Below, one piece after another: positions 6,608-14,687 of a stretch of 32,000 bases of DNA (positions are counted from its first letter, which is position 1; every line of letters begins with the position of its first letter). The notes below the pieces were generated by a model, which ran no database searches, was not told the origin of the DNA, and saw only the letters and a program-made list of their open reading frames with translations. The DNA lies in contig NZ_CP010904.1 of NCBI RefSeq assembly GCF_001017655.1, positions 870,001 to 902,000 on the forward strand, read 5' to 3'. The position numbers and the translations under genes were made by a program. This DNA is from Kiritimatiella glycovorans. Lineage in GTDB: Bacteria > Verrucomicrobiota > Kiritimatiellia > Kiritimatiellales > Kiritimatiellaceae.

Positions 6608-9271
6608 TTAGTCTTCCGTGTTGAGCATCTTCCGCAACACGTATCGAAGCACGCCGCCGTGGCGGATGTATTCGCGCTCCAGGTCGGTGTCGACACGCGA
6701 GACCGCGGTAAAGCGGAGTTCCCCGCCGCCGGGCGGCCGGGCGACCACCTCGACGTCGCCGCCGGGTTTCAGGCGCGCCAGCCCTTCGATCGTGATCCGC
6801 TCCCGCCCGCTGAGTCCGAGCGTTTGCGCGGTTTCGCCCTCGCGGAACTGGAACGGTATGACGCCCATGCCTACGAGATTCGAGCGGTGAATGCGCTCGA
6901 AGCTCTCGGCGATCACGGCACGCACGCCGAGCAGCGCCGGGCCCTTGGCCGCCCAGTCGCGGGAGGATCCCGCCCCGTACATCTTGCCGGCCACGACCAC
7001 CATCGGCCGCCCGTCGGCGCGGTAGCGCTCGGAGGCCTCAAAAATGCTGCACTCCTGCTCCGAACCGTCCCCGCCCAGGTATTTTGTCCACCCGCCCTCG
7101 CGCTCGACCAGTCGATTGCGAATACGGATGTTGGCGAACGTGCCGCGCATCATGACTTCGTGATTGCCGCGGCGCGAACCGAAGCTGTTGAAGTCGGCGT
7201 CGTCGACCCCGTGCCCGCGCAGGTACGCCGCCGCAGGGCCGTCTTTCGGGATTTCGCCCGCGGGCGAGATGTGGTCGGTGGTGATGAAATCCCCCAGCAG
7301 CGCGAGGATCGCCGCTTCGCGTACATCGTCGAGTTTTCCGGCAGGCTGCCCGCAGCCTTCAAAGAACGGCGGTTCGCGCACGTAGGTGGAATCGGCTTCC
7401 CATTCGAAGACCGCGCCCCCGGGCGCCGCGAGACGATTCCACTCCGGATTGACCCGGTCCTGATCGCCGTATTGCGCGCGGTACGACGCAGGATCGGCGG
7501 TCATCGGACGGTATTGCGCGAGTTCTTCTTCAGTGAACCAAAGGTCGCGCAGGTAGACCGGCTGCCCGTCGCGGTCGTGGCCGACCGGTTCTGCGCTCAG
7601 ATCGATGTCCACCCGTCCCGCGAGCGCATAGGCGATCACCAGCGGGGGGGAGCAGAGATAATTGGCCCGCGTGAGAGGCGAGACGCGTCCCTCGAAATTG
7701 CGGTTGCCCGAGAGGACGGCGGCCACGTTCAGTCCGTGCTCGCGTACGGCCTGGTCGACGGCGGCGGGGCAGGGGCCGCTGTTGCCGATGCACGTCGCGC
7801 AGCCGTAGGCGGCGACCTGGAAGCCGAGCGCATCGAAGGCGTCCATCAGGCCGGCCTTTTCGAGGTAATCGCGGACCACGCGCGAGCCGGGCGCAAACGA
7901 GGTGCGCGTATAGTACGGGGGGCGCAGACCGCGTTCCGCCGCCTTGCGGGCGACGAGTGCGGCGCCGATCATCAGGTCCGGGTTGGAGGTGTTGGTGCAG
8001 CTCGTTACGGAGGCGATAATCACCGCGCCGTCCCGCAGCGTTCCGTAGTCGGGCACGTCCGCTTCGCGGGGTCCGGACTCCCGGCCGAAGTCTTCCCCGA
8101 ACTCTTCCGGCAGCCCGGAAAGGGTCATCTGTTCGTGCGGCTTGCGCGGACCCGCGATCGCGGATTCCACCTCGCCGAGATCAAGTTCCAGCGTGTCGTC
8201 GTAACCGGGTGCGGCGGCACCGGGCTCGCGCCACAGTCCCTGCGCCCGGCAGTATTGCTCGACCAGTTCGCAGTGTTCCTCCGTACGGCCGGTCTCGCGC
8301 AGGTATTCGATCGTGCGGCCGTCCACCGGGAAGAACCCCGTCGTCGCCCCGTATTCAGGCGCCATGTTCGCCACCGGACAGCGGTCCGCGAGACTCAGCG
8401 CCTCCACCCCGTCGCCGAAGAATTCGACGAAGTGTCCGACGACCCCTTTTTCGCGCAGCATGCGCACGACGGTCAGCGCCAGGTCGGTTGCCGTGACCCC
8501 CTCGCGCAGACGGCCGGTGAACCGGAAACCGACCACCCGGGGCGAGAGCATCGGCATCGGCTGGCCCAGCAGTGCGGCCTCGGCCTCGATGCCGCCCACG
8601 CCCCAGCCGAGTACGCCCAGGCAGTTGATCGTGGTCGTGTGTGAATCCGTGCCGACGAGCGTGTCCGGGCAGGCCAGCCCGTCTTCGCGCACCGAGACGA
8701 CATCGGCGAGGTGTTCCATGTTCACCTGGTGGCAGATGCCGAGGCCGGGCGGGAGCACGTTGAGCGTGTCAAAGGCGTTCTGTCCCCACTTGAGAAAGCG
8801 ATACCGCTCCGCGTTGCGGCGGAATTCGATCTCCATGTTGTGCTGCAGCGCGCAGGCGGTGCCGGTTTCGTCGAGCTGCACGGAGTGGTCGATGACGAGA
8901 TCGGTGCGCAGCATGGGTTCGATGCGGGCGGGGTCGGCGCCGGCGCGGGTGGAGGCGGAACGCAGCGCCGCGAGGTCGACGACGCAGGGTACGCCGGTGA
9001 AATCCTGCAGCAGGATACGTCCGGGCAGAAACGGGAGTTCGCTGCGCGTCCCGCCCGGGGTCCAGGCGGACAGTGCGTCGAGATGTGCCGGCGCGAACCC
9101 CGGTTCGCCCTGACGGCGGGCGACGGATTCGAGCAGGATGCGTACGGAATAGGGGAGACCGTCCAGATCTATTCCGGCCGATTCGGCCAGGACCGGCAGA
9201 CTCATGTAGTCCACTTGGCGTCCCGTCGAGAGCGTCAGGGTTTCACGGGGGTGTTTCAGGTTTTGCGCCAT
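6608..9271 (-). CDS. acnA: Aconitate hydratase A (IRP-like monomeric aconitase)
   Basis: About 887-aa ORF with aconitase signatures (ATCIGNSGP, LSGNRNFEGRV, swivel-domain C-terminus). Start is chosen at MAQNLK (ATG 9271), preceded by GGAGGAGAG. The ORF track extends to a TTG at 9301. Confidence 0.95.
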   Translation of the reverse strand: MAQNLKHPRETLTLSTGRQVDYMSLPVLAESAGIDLDGLPYSVRILLESVARRQGEPGFAPAHLDALSAWTPGGTRSELPFLPGRILLQDFTGVPCVVDLAALRSASTRAGADPARIEPMLRTDLVIDHSVQLDETGTACALQHNMEIEFRRNAERYRFLKWGQNAFDTLNVLPPGLGICHQVNMEHLADVVSVREDGLACPDTLVGTDSHTTTINCLGVLGWGVGGIEAEAALLGQPMPMLSPRVVGFRFTGRLREGVTATDLALTVVRMLREKGVVGHFVEFFGDGVEALSLADRCPVANMAPEYGATTGFFPVDGRTIEYLRETGRTEEHCELVEQYCRAQGLWREPGAAAPGYDDTLELDLGEVESAIAGPRKPHEQMTLSGLPEEFGEDFGRESGPREADVPDYGTLRDGAVIIASVTSCTNTSNPDLMIGAALVARKAAERGLRPPYYTRTSFAPGSRVVRDYLEKAGLMDAFDALGFQVAAYGCATCIGNSGPCPAAVDQAVREHGLNVAAVLSGNRNFEGRVSPLTRANYLCSPPLVIAYALAGRVDIDLSAEPVGHDRDGQPVYLRDLWFTEEELAQYRPMTADPASYRAQYGDQDRVNPEWNRLAAPGGAVFEWEADSTYVREPPFFEGCGQPAGKLDDVREAAILALLGDFITTDHISPAGEIPKDGPAAAYLRGHGVDDADFNSFGSRRGNHEVMMRGTFANIRIRNRLVEREGGWTKYLGGDGSEQECSIFEASERYRADGRPMVVVAGKMYGAGSSRDWAAKGPALLGVRAVIAESFERIHRSNLVGMGVIPFQFREGETAQTLGLSGRERITIEGLARLKPGGDVEVVARPPGGGELRFTAVSRVDTDLEREYIRHGGVLRYVLRKMLNTED

Positions 9272-9375
9272 AGCTCTCTCCTCCGGTACATTGTCGTGCA
9301 AAGCGGAAGAGTGTACGCAAAAGCCCGCTTAAGGCAAAGGAATCCCTCGGGCTTCGAGCCCGGCCCGCTCCGGAA

Positions 9376-10773
9376 TCAGTCTCCCGTCCAGCAGTACGTG
9401 CAGAGGCGCTCGCGGGGCAGGCCGACGGCCTCGACCAGGTCCTCAAGGCGCTGGTAGCGCAGCGAGGTGAGATTGAGGCGCCTGCGGATCGTGTCGATCA
9501 TCGCCCGGTGAGCCTCGCCGTCCGGGTCCACGTAAGCGGACGGATCGCCGTCCTCACGGCCCTCGAGTTCTATCATCGCCTTGCGCGTGGCGAGGTCGAG
9601 TTCGGGCTTCGAACGGGAGAAGTTCAGATAAGGGCAGCCGAAGAGGAGCGGGGGGCAGGCCGCGCGCATGTGAAGTTCGCGCGCGCCGTAATCGCTGTAC
9701 AGCCGGGCCAGCGTATCCTGCAGCTGTGTGCCCCGTACGATCGAATCCTCGCAGAAGAGCAGACGCCGGTTTTCGATCAGCGAACGTATCGGGATCAGCT
9801 TCATGCGCGCGACCAGATCGCGCACCTGCTGGTCCTGGGGCATGAAGCTGCGCGGCCAGGTCGGGGTGTACTTGACGAACGGCCGCGAATAGGGGGTCCC
9901 GGATTGATTGCTGTACCCGACGGCATGCCCGGTCCCCGAGTCGGGAATCCCGCAGACGGAATCGATGTCCGCATCGTCGCGCCGCGCCAGCGCGCGGCCG
10001 CAGCGATAGCGGGTTTGTTCGACGTTGATGCCCGCGTAGGACGAGGCGGGGTAGCCGTAATAGACCCAGAGAAAAGTGCAGATCTGCTCCCTGTCGCCGG
10101 GCGGCATCAGCGTCTCGGCGCCTTCGGGCGTGCAGCGGACGACTTCACCGGGGCCGAGGTCGCGTACCGTCTCGAATCCCAGGTTGGGGAAGGCACAGGT
10201 CTCAAGCGTTACCGCCATCGTGTCCTTGCGGGCGCCGAGAATGACGGGGGTGCGTCCGAGACGGTCGCGTGCGGCATACAGCGCGTCGCGGGTCAGCAGC
10301 AGGATGGAAGCCGATCCCTCCACCCGCTCCTGGGCATGACGCAGCCCCTCTGCAAACGTCGCGCCGCGGTTGATGAGCATCGCAATGATTTCGGTGGGAT
10401 TGATGTGCTGGCCGCTCATCTCGCTGAAATGCGTCCCGCGGTCCATCGCCTCCCGGCGGAGTTCGTCGATATTGCACACCGCGCCGACGGTGGCGATCGC
10501 GTAATTGCCGAGATGGGAGCCGATGATCAGCGGCTGATCTTCGAAGTCGCTGATCACTCCGATCGCACTGCGCCCTTCGAGTTCCGCGAGTTCATGGTCG
10601 AACTTCGACCGGAACGGGCTGTTGGTGATGTCGTGGATGCTGTGTACCAGCCCGGCGTGATTGCTTACGGCCATGCCGCCGCGAAGCGTGCCCAGATGAG
10701 AATGATAGTCCGTGCCGAAAAAGACGTCGCGTACGCATTCATGCTTCGACGTCACCCCGAAAAAACCGCTCAT
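9376..10773 (-). CDS. Amidophosphoribosyltransferase (PurF)-like protein: Ntn-amidotransferase fold plus type-I PRTase domain, with Ser instead of Cys at position 2
   Basis: 465-aa ORF starting MSGFFGVTSKHECVRDVFFGTDYHSHLGT. PRPP-binding loop LLFCEDSIVRGTQL. C-terminal Cys pairs (CPPLLFGCPY, CTYCWTG). GGGGGAGG SD upstream of the ATG. Confidence 0.8.
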   Translation of the reverse strand: MSGFFGVTSKHECVRDVFFGTDYHSHLGTLRGGMAVSNHAGLVHSIHDITNSPFRSKFDHELAELEGRSAIGVISDFEDQPLIIGSHLGNYAIATVGAVCNIDELRREAMDRGTHFSEMSGQHINPTEIIAMLINRGATFAEGLRHAQERVEGSASILLLTRDALYAARDRLGRTPVILGARKDTMAVTLETCAFPNLGFETVRDLGPGEVVRCTPEGAETLMPPGDREQICTFLWVYYGYPASSYAGINVEQTRYRCGRALARRDDADIDSVCGIPDSGTGHAVGYSNQSGTPYSRPFVKYTPTWPRSFMPQDQQVRDLVARMKLIPIRSLIENRRLLFCEDSIVRGTQLQDTLARLYSDYGARELHMRAACPPLLFGCPYLNFSRSKPELDLATRKAMIELEGREDGDPSAYVDPDGEAHRAMIDTIRRRLNLTSLRYQRLEDLVEAVGLPRERLCTYCWTGD

Positions 10774-10846
10774 GCGCCTCCCCCATCCTGATTTCTGAAA
10801 CTGTGAGCGCTACGTTAGCGACTCGCGTCGTTCGTGTCGAGGGAGT

Positions 10847-10990
10847 CAGCAGTTCTCATTATGGCCGCATTCCGACCGCGGACGGCGTGGCAGCCGTCCC
10901 TCCCGAGTCGATATCCGACGCATTTTCGGGCACTGGGAGGGTCGGGTGCCACCCCGACCGAAAAGGGTGAAGCCATAATGAGAATCGCTG
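10847..10990. mobile_element. Candidate 144-bp MITE-like palindromic element or structured RNA (closing stem plus three hairpins)
   Basis: Inverted termini are CAGCAGTTCTCATTATGGC (10847-10865) and GCCATAATGAGAATCGCTG (10972-10990), 17/19 with a 13-bp perfect core. They are directly flanked by CGAGGGAGT at 10838-10846 and 10991-10999. Internal 7-bp-stem hairpins lie at 10880-10899 and 10940-10959. Confidence 0.45.
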
Positions 10991-11094
10991 CGAGGGAGTG
11001 GATGAGGGGACTGTCAGAGTCAGGGAGAGCGGGAAGCCCGAGATGCGGAATCGGTGTAAGGGCGAATCGAAATCGAACCGCCATCCCGGGAAAA

Positions 11095-11169
11095 TGGTAC
11101 GCCCGCCGGGAGTCGAACCCAGATCTTCGGCTCCGGAGGCCGGCGTTCTATCCATTGAACTACGGGCGC
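11095..11169 (-). tRNA. tRNA-Arg, anticodon CCG, CCA encoded
   Basis: Hand-folded: acceptor GCGCCCG/CGGGCGT (G1-U72 wobble), D arm GTTC-AATGGATA-GAAC, anticodon loop CTCCGGA, 4-nt variable loop, T arm CTGGG-TTCGACT-CCCGG, A plus CCA. It closely resembles E. coli tRNA-Arg(CCG). Confidence 0.9.
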
Positions 11170-11281
11170 ACACTGAAAACCGGAATCCGCGTTTATCCTA
11201 AAACGGGCCTCTGAATGCACGAAAAAAATGGAAGTTCAATCATGCCCTCTCTCCCGATCTCTTCTGAGCCCCCTTGCGGCT

Positions 11282-13129
11282 CTATTCGACGGTTACGCTC
11301 TTCGCGAGGTTGCGCGGCTTATCGATGTCGGTCCCGCGGGCCTGGGCGGCGTAGTAGGCGAGGAGCTGGAGGGCGACGACGTTGATCACGGGCGAAAGCT
11401 CGTCGAGGGTGGGCGGTACGGCGATCAGGTCTTCCGCCAGGCGCGACGCATTTTCGTCCCCTTCGGTGACCAGCGCGATGATCCGCCCGTTGCGGGCTTC
11501 GACCTCCTTGAGGTTGGAGACGACCTTGTCGTACACCTCGTCGCGCGTTTGCGTGCATATGCAGATTACGGGGAGATATTCGTTAATCAGCGCGATCGGG
11601 CCGTGCTTCATCTCGCCCGCGGCGTAGCCCTCGGCATGCTGGTAGGAGATCTCCTTGTTTTTCAGCGCGCCCTCGAGCGCCGTCGGGTAATTGAATTTGC
11701 GCCCGAGATACAGCGAGCTGGCGCCGTCGTGATGTTTCTCGGCGATCGCCCTGATTGCATCCTGGCGTTCGAGCACGTAGTGGATCGCGTCCGGAATGCG
11801 GCGGAGGGCCTCGACCAGCTCCGCGCTGCGCTCGGGCTCGACTTCATCCCGGAGCCGGGCGGCATACAGGGCGAGCAGGATGAAGGCGGTCTGCTGGGCG
11901 GTGTAGGCCTTGGTCGAGGCGACCCCGATCTCGAGGCCGGCGTCGGTGAAGAGGACGCCGTCGCTTTCACGCACGATGCTGCTGCCGGGCACGTTGCAGA
12001 TCGAAAGCACGGGGCAGCCGATTTCGCGCGCCATCCGGATCGAGGCGAGGGTGTCGGCGGTTTCTCCGGACTGGGAGACGGCGATCACGAGGGTGTCGCC
12101 GGAGATTTTGGGATTGCGGTAGCGGAATTCGCTGGCGAGGTCGGTTTCCACGGCGAGACCGGTCAGGTTCTCGAGCAGCAGGCGGCCGTACATGCCGGCA
12201 TGATAGGCCGTGCCGCAGGCCACGATCATGATCCGGTCGAGGGTGCGGAAAAACTCGCGGTCCCAGGGGAGGTCGGCCAGTTCGATCCGGCCGGCCGCGT
12301 CGAGATGGCGGTCGAGAAGACCGCGGATCACGCGCGGCTGTTCGTGGATCTCCTTGAGCATGAAGGTTTCGAACCCGGCCTTTTCCGCATCTTCAGAGCG
12401 CAGCTCGACCTTTTTGCGGTCCTCTTCCACCGGCTCCCCGTCGAGTGTTTCAATGGCGATGCCGTGCTCCGGATGCAGGGTGGCGATCTGGCCCTCGTCG
12501 AGATAGATCACCTCGTCGATGCGGTTGAGAATCGCGGGCACATCGCTGGCGAGGTAGTACTCGCCCTTTGCGCGGCCGATGCCGATGATCAGCGGACTTC
12601 CCTGGCGCGCGGCGTACACGGTCTGGGGGTCCTCGGCGGCGACCACCCCCAGCGCGTAGGCGCCGCGTGCTCGCTGCAGGGCTGCACGCAGGGCTTCGCG
12701 GAACGATTCGTGCCGCGGGCGCTCATCTTCGATGAGATGGGGGAGGACTTCCGTGTCGGTTTCGGAGAGAAAAACGTGGCCCTCAGCCTCGAGTTCCCGG
12801 CGCAGTTGCAGGTAGTTCTCGATGATCCCGTTATGCACCACCGCGATAGAGCCGTCGCCGCTGAGGTGGGGGTGGGCATTGAGTTCGGAGGGGTCGCCGT
12901 GCGTCGCCCATCGGGTGTGGGCGATGCCGGGGCTGCCGTCTACGGGCCGGGCGCGGCAGGCTTCCTCCAGACCCGCAAGACGCCCGGGCGTTTTGCGGGT
13001 CTGGATGCGCCCGCCCGAAAGGACCGCCAGGCCCGCCGAATCGTAGCCGCGGTATTCCAGCCTGCGCAGTCCCTCGAGCAGGACGGGGGTGACGTGATCG
13101 ACTCCGGTACAACCGATGATTCCACACAT
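11282..13129 (-). CDS. glmS: Glutamine--fructose-6-phosphate aminotransferase (isomerizing)
   Basis: 615-aa ORF. It has the MCGIIG Cys1 Ntn-amidotransferase start, two SIS domains and the canonical C-terminus NLAKSVTVE. Confidence 0.97.
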   Translation of the reverse strand: MCGIIGCTGVDHVTPVLLEGLRRLEYRGYDSAGLAVLSGGRIQTRKTPGRLAGLEEACRARPVDGSPGIAHTRWATHGDPSELNAHPHLSGDGSIAVVHNGIIENYLQLRRELEAEGHVFLSETDTEVLPHLIEDERPRHESFREALRAALQRARGAYALGVVAAEDPQTVYAARQGSPLIIGIGRAKGEYYLASDVPAILNRIDEVIYLDEGQIATLHPEHGIAIETLDGEPVEEDRKKVELRSEDAEKAGFETFMLKEIHEQPRVIRGLLDRHLDAAGRIELADLPWDREFFRTLDRIMIVACGTAYHAGMYGRLLLENLTGLAVETDLASEFRYRNPKISGDTLVIAVSQSGETADTLASIRMAREIGCPVLSICNVPGSSIVRESDGVLFTDAGLEIGVASTKAYTAQQTAFILLALYAARLRDEVEPERSAELVEALRRIPDAIHYVLERQDAIRAIAEKHHDGASSLYLGRKFNYPTALEGALKNKEISYQHAEGYAAGEMKHGPIALINEYLPVICICTQTRDEVYDKVVSNLKEVEARNGRIIALVTEGDENASRLAEDLIAVPPTLDELSPVINVVALQLLAYYAAQARGTDIDKPRNLAKSVTVE

Positions 13130-13164
13130 AAAAAACCTCCGCCGGAGAATGTATCCGGCGGAGG
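13130..13164 (-). terminator. Intrinsic terminator of the upstream prepilin-like gene, overlapping the glmS ribosome-binding site
   Basis: On the minus strand an 11-bp perfect stem CCTCCGCCGGA/TCCGGCGGAGG with a 7-nt loop is followed by TTTTTT and then directly by the glmS ATG. The 3' arm contains GGAGG. Confidence 0.7.
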
Positions 13165-13189
13165 CGGCTGATAAAGCAAAAAATTCAGC

Positions 13190-13894
13190 TCAGGGGTTCA
13201 TGACCTGATGCGTCAGGGCCGCATTGTTGGTGGGATTGCGCACGTCGAACAGACGCGTAAACGCTTCCTCTTTCAGGTCCTGATCCAACAGCGCGTAGGA
13301 CTGACCGCCCTTGGTCACGAAACAGAGCGCATCCGCGCCGAACGGCTGCTTGAAGTCCGCGTTATCTCCCATAAGCTCGCGGGGATTCACGTCGTTGGCC
13401 GCGGAGAGGGTGTCGATGCCGAGGTTTCGCGTGAAAAACAGCGGGGCCGTTTCGGGCAGGCTGATATTATTGGCCGAGTTCTCCACGGCGCTCCAGGCAT
13501 TGTAGTTCCCCGTGTCGTCGGTCTGGCCGCCGCCGCTGCGGAATTCCTGCAGGTCTTCCGCCACCGGAACGCCCGGTGCGGCGAAATAGGAGACCGAGAC
13601 ATTCAGCACATTGCTCTCGACCATGTCGGCGAAATAATCGGTGCTCGAGGACCAGTCGTCGGGATTGGGCCAGATCGCGGCGGTGGTCGTGTAAATGCTC
13701 TTGGTCTGCTGGGCGACGAGTGCCTGGTGCAGGCCGCGGCCGTTGGTGGCGACTTTCAGCGCCTTACCGCGAAGCAGCGCGTCCTGAATGGCGGGCATGA
13801 GAATCGAAGCGAGAATACCGATGATCGCGATGACGACCAGCAGCTCAACAAGCGTAAAACCGCGTTTCCCGATAATGCGACGGAACATTTTCAT
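13190..13894 (-). CDS. Prepilin-type N-terminal cleavage/methylation-domain protein (pseudopilin / type IV pilin-like)
   Basis: Start is chosen at MKMFRRIIGKRGFTLVELLVVIAIIGILASILMPA (ATG 13894, AAGGAGAGG SD 7 nt upstream). It has the classic G|FTLxE prepilin peptidase motif plus a hydrophobic helix. The ORF-track start at 14005 adds an unlikely leader. Confidence 0.85.
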   Translation of the reverse strand: MKMFRRIIGKRGFTLVELLVVIAIIGILASILMPAIQDALLRGKALKVATNGRGLHQALVAQQTKSIYTTTAAIWPNPDDWSSSTDYFADMVESNVLNVSVSYFAAPGVPVAEDLQEFRSGGGQTDDTGNYNAWSAVENSANNISLPETAPLFFTRNLGIDTLSAANDVNPRELMGDNADFKQPFGADALCFVTKGGQSYALLDQDLKEEAFTRLFDVRNPTNNAALTHQVMNP

Positions 13895-14117
13895 CCTAAC
13901 CTCTCCTTGGCCTGTGAACCCCACCTGCGAGAATCCCCTGCAACCCATACAGCAGCGGGACGCAATGCGAGTCATGGAACCAGAAATCGACTGAACTGTC
14001 CACATAAAAAATAAATGTAAGACCGTTTTGAATACTGCATAACTCTATTATTGCGCCTGGCTGGCCGCCGGCCGGCGTGTTGCGGAGGCCAGACCCCTCG
14101 TCGATGTTCAGCGTTCG

Positions 14118-14336
14118 TCACGATGACGGCTTTGCTCCTGCGGCGAGGGCCGAGAAGGCAGAGACACAGGCAAACCCAGCCAGAGCGGGATGGGCGCTAC
14201 CCAGGAACCCGAGAAAGCCCAGAAATCCAAGGAAGCCGAGACAGGCCTTCTTCCTGGAATCAACAGGGATCATCACCCTTGACTCGTCAAAGGGGATCAG
14301 GACGAGCAGCGAGGCCAGCGAAAGAACCGAGAGCAT
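14118..14336 (-). CDS. Candidate small two-helix membrane protein with an (LGF)n glycine-rich repeat
   Basis: ORF 14118..14360, first ATG at 14336. The sequence is hydrophobic (MLSVLSLASLLVLIPF..., CLGFLGFLGFLGFLGSAHPALAGFACVSAF). The LGF repeat is encoded by non-identical synonymous codons. No SD was recognised. Confidence 0.3.
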   Translation of the reverse strand: MLSVLSLASLLVLIPFDESRVMIPVDSRKKACLGFLGFLGFLGFLGSAHPALAGFACVSAFSALAAGAKPSS

Positions 14337-14650
14337 CGCGAGCTTCGCGAGATCGATCAAGCTTTGCGGCGGCTGTAATCCTTACGCAGCAGAGCGGTGG
14401 TCCCGATAGCGGAGCCAGTTTTTTCGAACTTTAAGTCAGCATCAGGTCTCCCGCTTCCAGCGAGTATTCTGCCACATCTCCGGCGAGTTGTCCATAGCCT
14501 GCGGCTCGCCAGCCCCTGGTCGTCCGTGCGCAGTGAACGTTTGATTTGTTTGCCACCCCGTTTGATGATGGCGTACTATCTGCCCGACACGTCAGAGGTG
14601 ATCGGTTCAGGGATGGACGTGACAGGGTTATATCGAAATAACGATATACC

Positions 14651-14687
14651 TAACAACTTAACAACTAACAACTAACAACTTATAACT
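14651..14687. repeat. Heptamer microsatellite (TAACAAC[T]) x4 plus one degenerate unit, abutting the tRNA 5' end
   Basis: Read directly: TAACAACT TAACAAC TAACAAC TAACAACT TATAACT. It ends 4 nt before tRNA-Arg(UCU) and is preceded by an AT-rich hairpin TATATCG-AAATAA-CGATATA at 14629-14648. Confidence 0.8.

Noticed and set aside
6556-6696. N-terminal extension of the four-helix-bundle ORF to the ORF-track start at 6696.
   Set aside because: The extension overlaps the 3' end of acnA in another frame, has a Cys/Thr-rich non-protein-like sequence, and the family-typical N-terminus begins at MNDSLIPAHGGY (6555).
10774-11094. A ZTP/pfl or purine riboswitch, RNase P RNA, SRP RNA, 6S RNA or tmRNA in the spacer upstream of the purF-like gene.
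   Set aside because: I could not find the conserved cores I know for these. Missing are GGGUCGUGACUGGCG...CCGCCUGGGC for ZTP, GAGGAAAGUCC for RNase P, GGAAGCAGCC for SRP, and a tRNA-like CCA end with a tag ORF for tmRNA. A covariance-model scan is still needed to be sure.
11065-11094. T-arm-like fragment (reverse complement GGCGGTTCGATTTCGATTCGCC) just downstream of tRNA-Arg(CCG), considered as a duplicated att core or tRNA pseudogene.
   Set aside because: Only the TTCGA-type heptamer is shared with the tRNA. No extended identity to the tRNA 3' half is visible, so an integration-scar call is unsupported.
13130-13189. glmS ribozyme upstream of glmS.
   Set aside because: Only 60 nt separate glmS from the upstream gene, and that space is filled by a simple terminator hairpin. 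This is far too short for the roughly 170-nt ribozyme.
14051-14675. Plus-strand ORFs 14051..14434, 14077..14409 and 14397..14675 in the pilin/tRNA spacer.
   Set aside because: Their translations are Arg/Ser/Pro-rich and not protein-like. They use alternative start codons without an SD, and they overlap each other.
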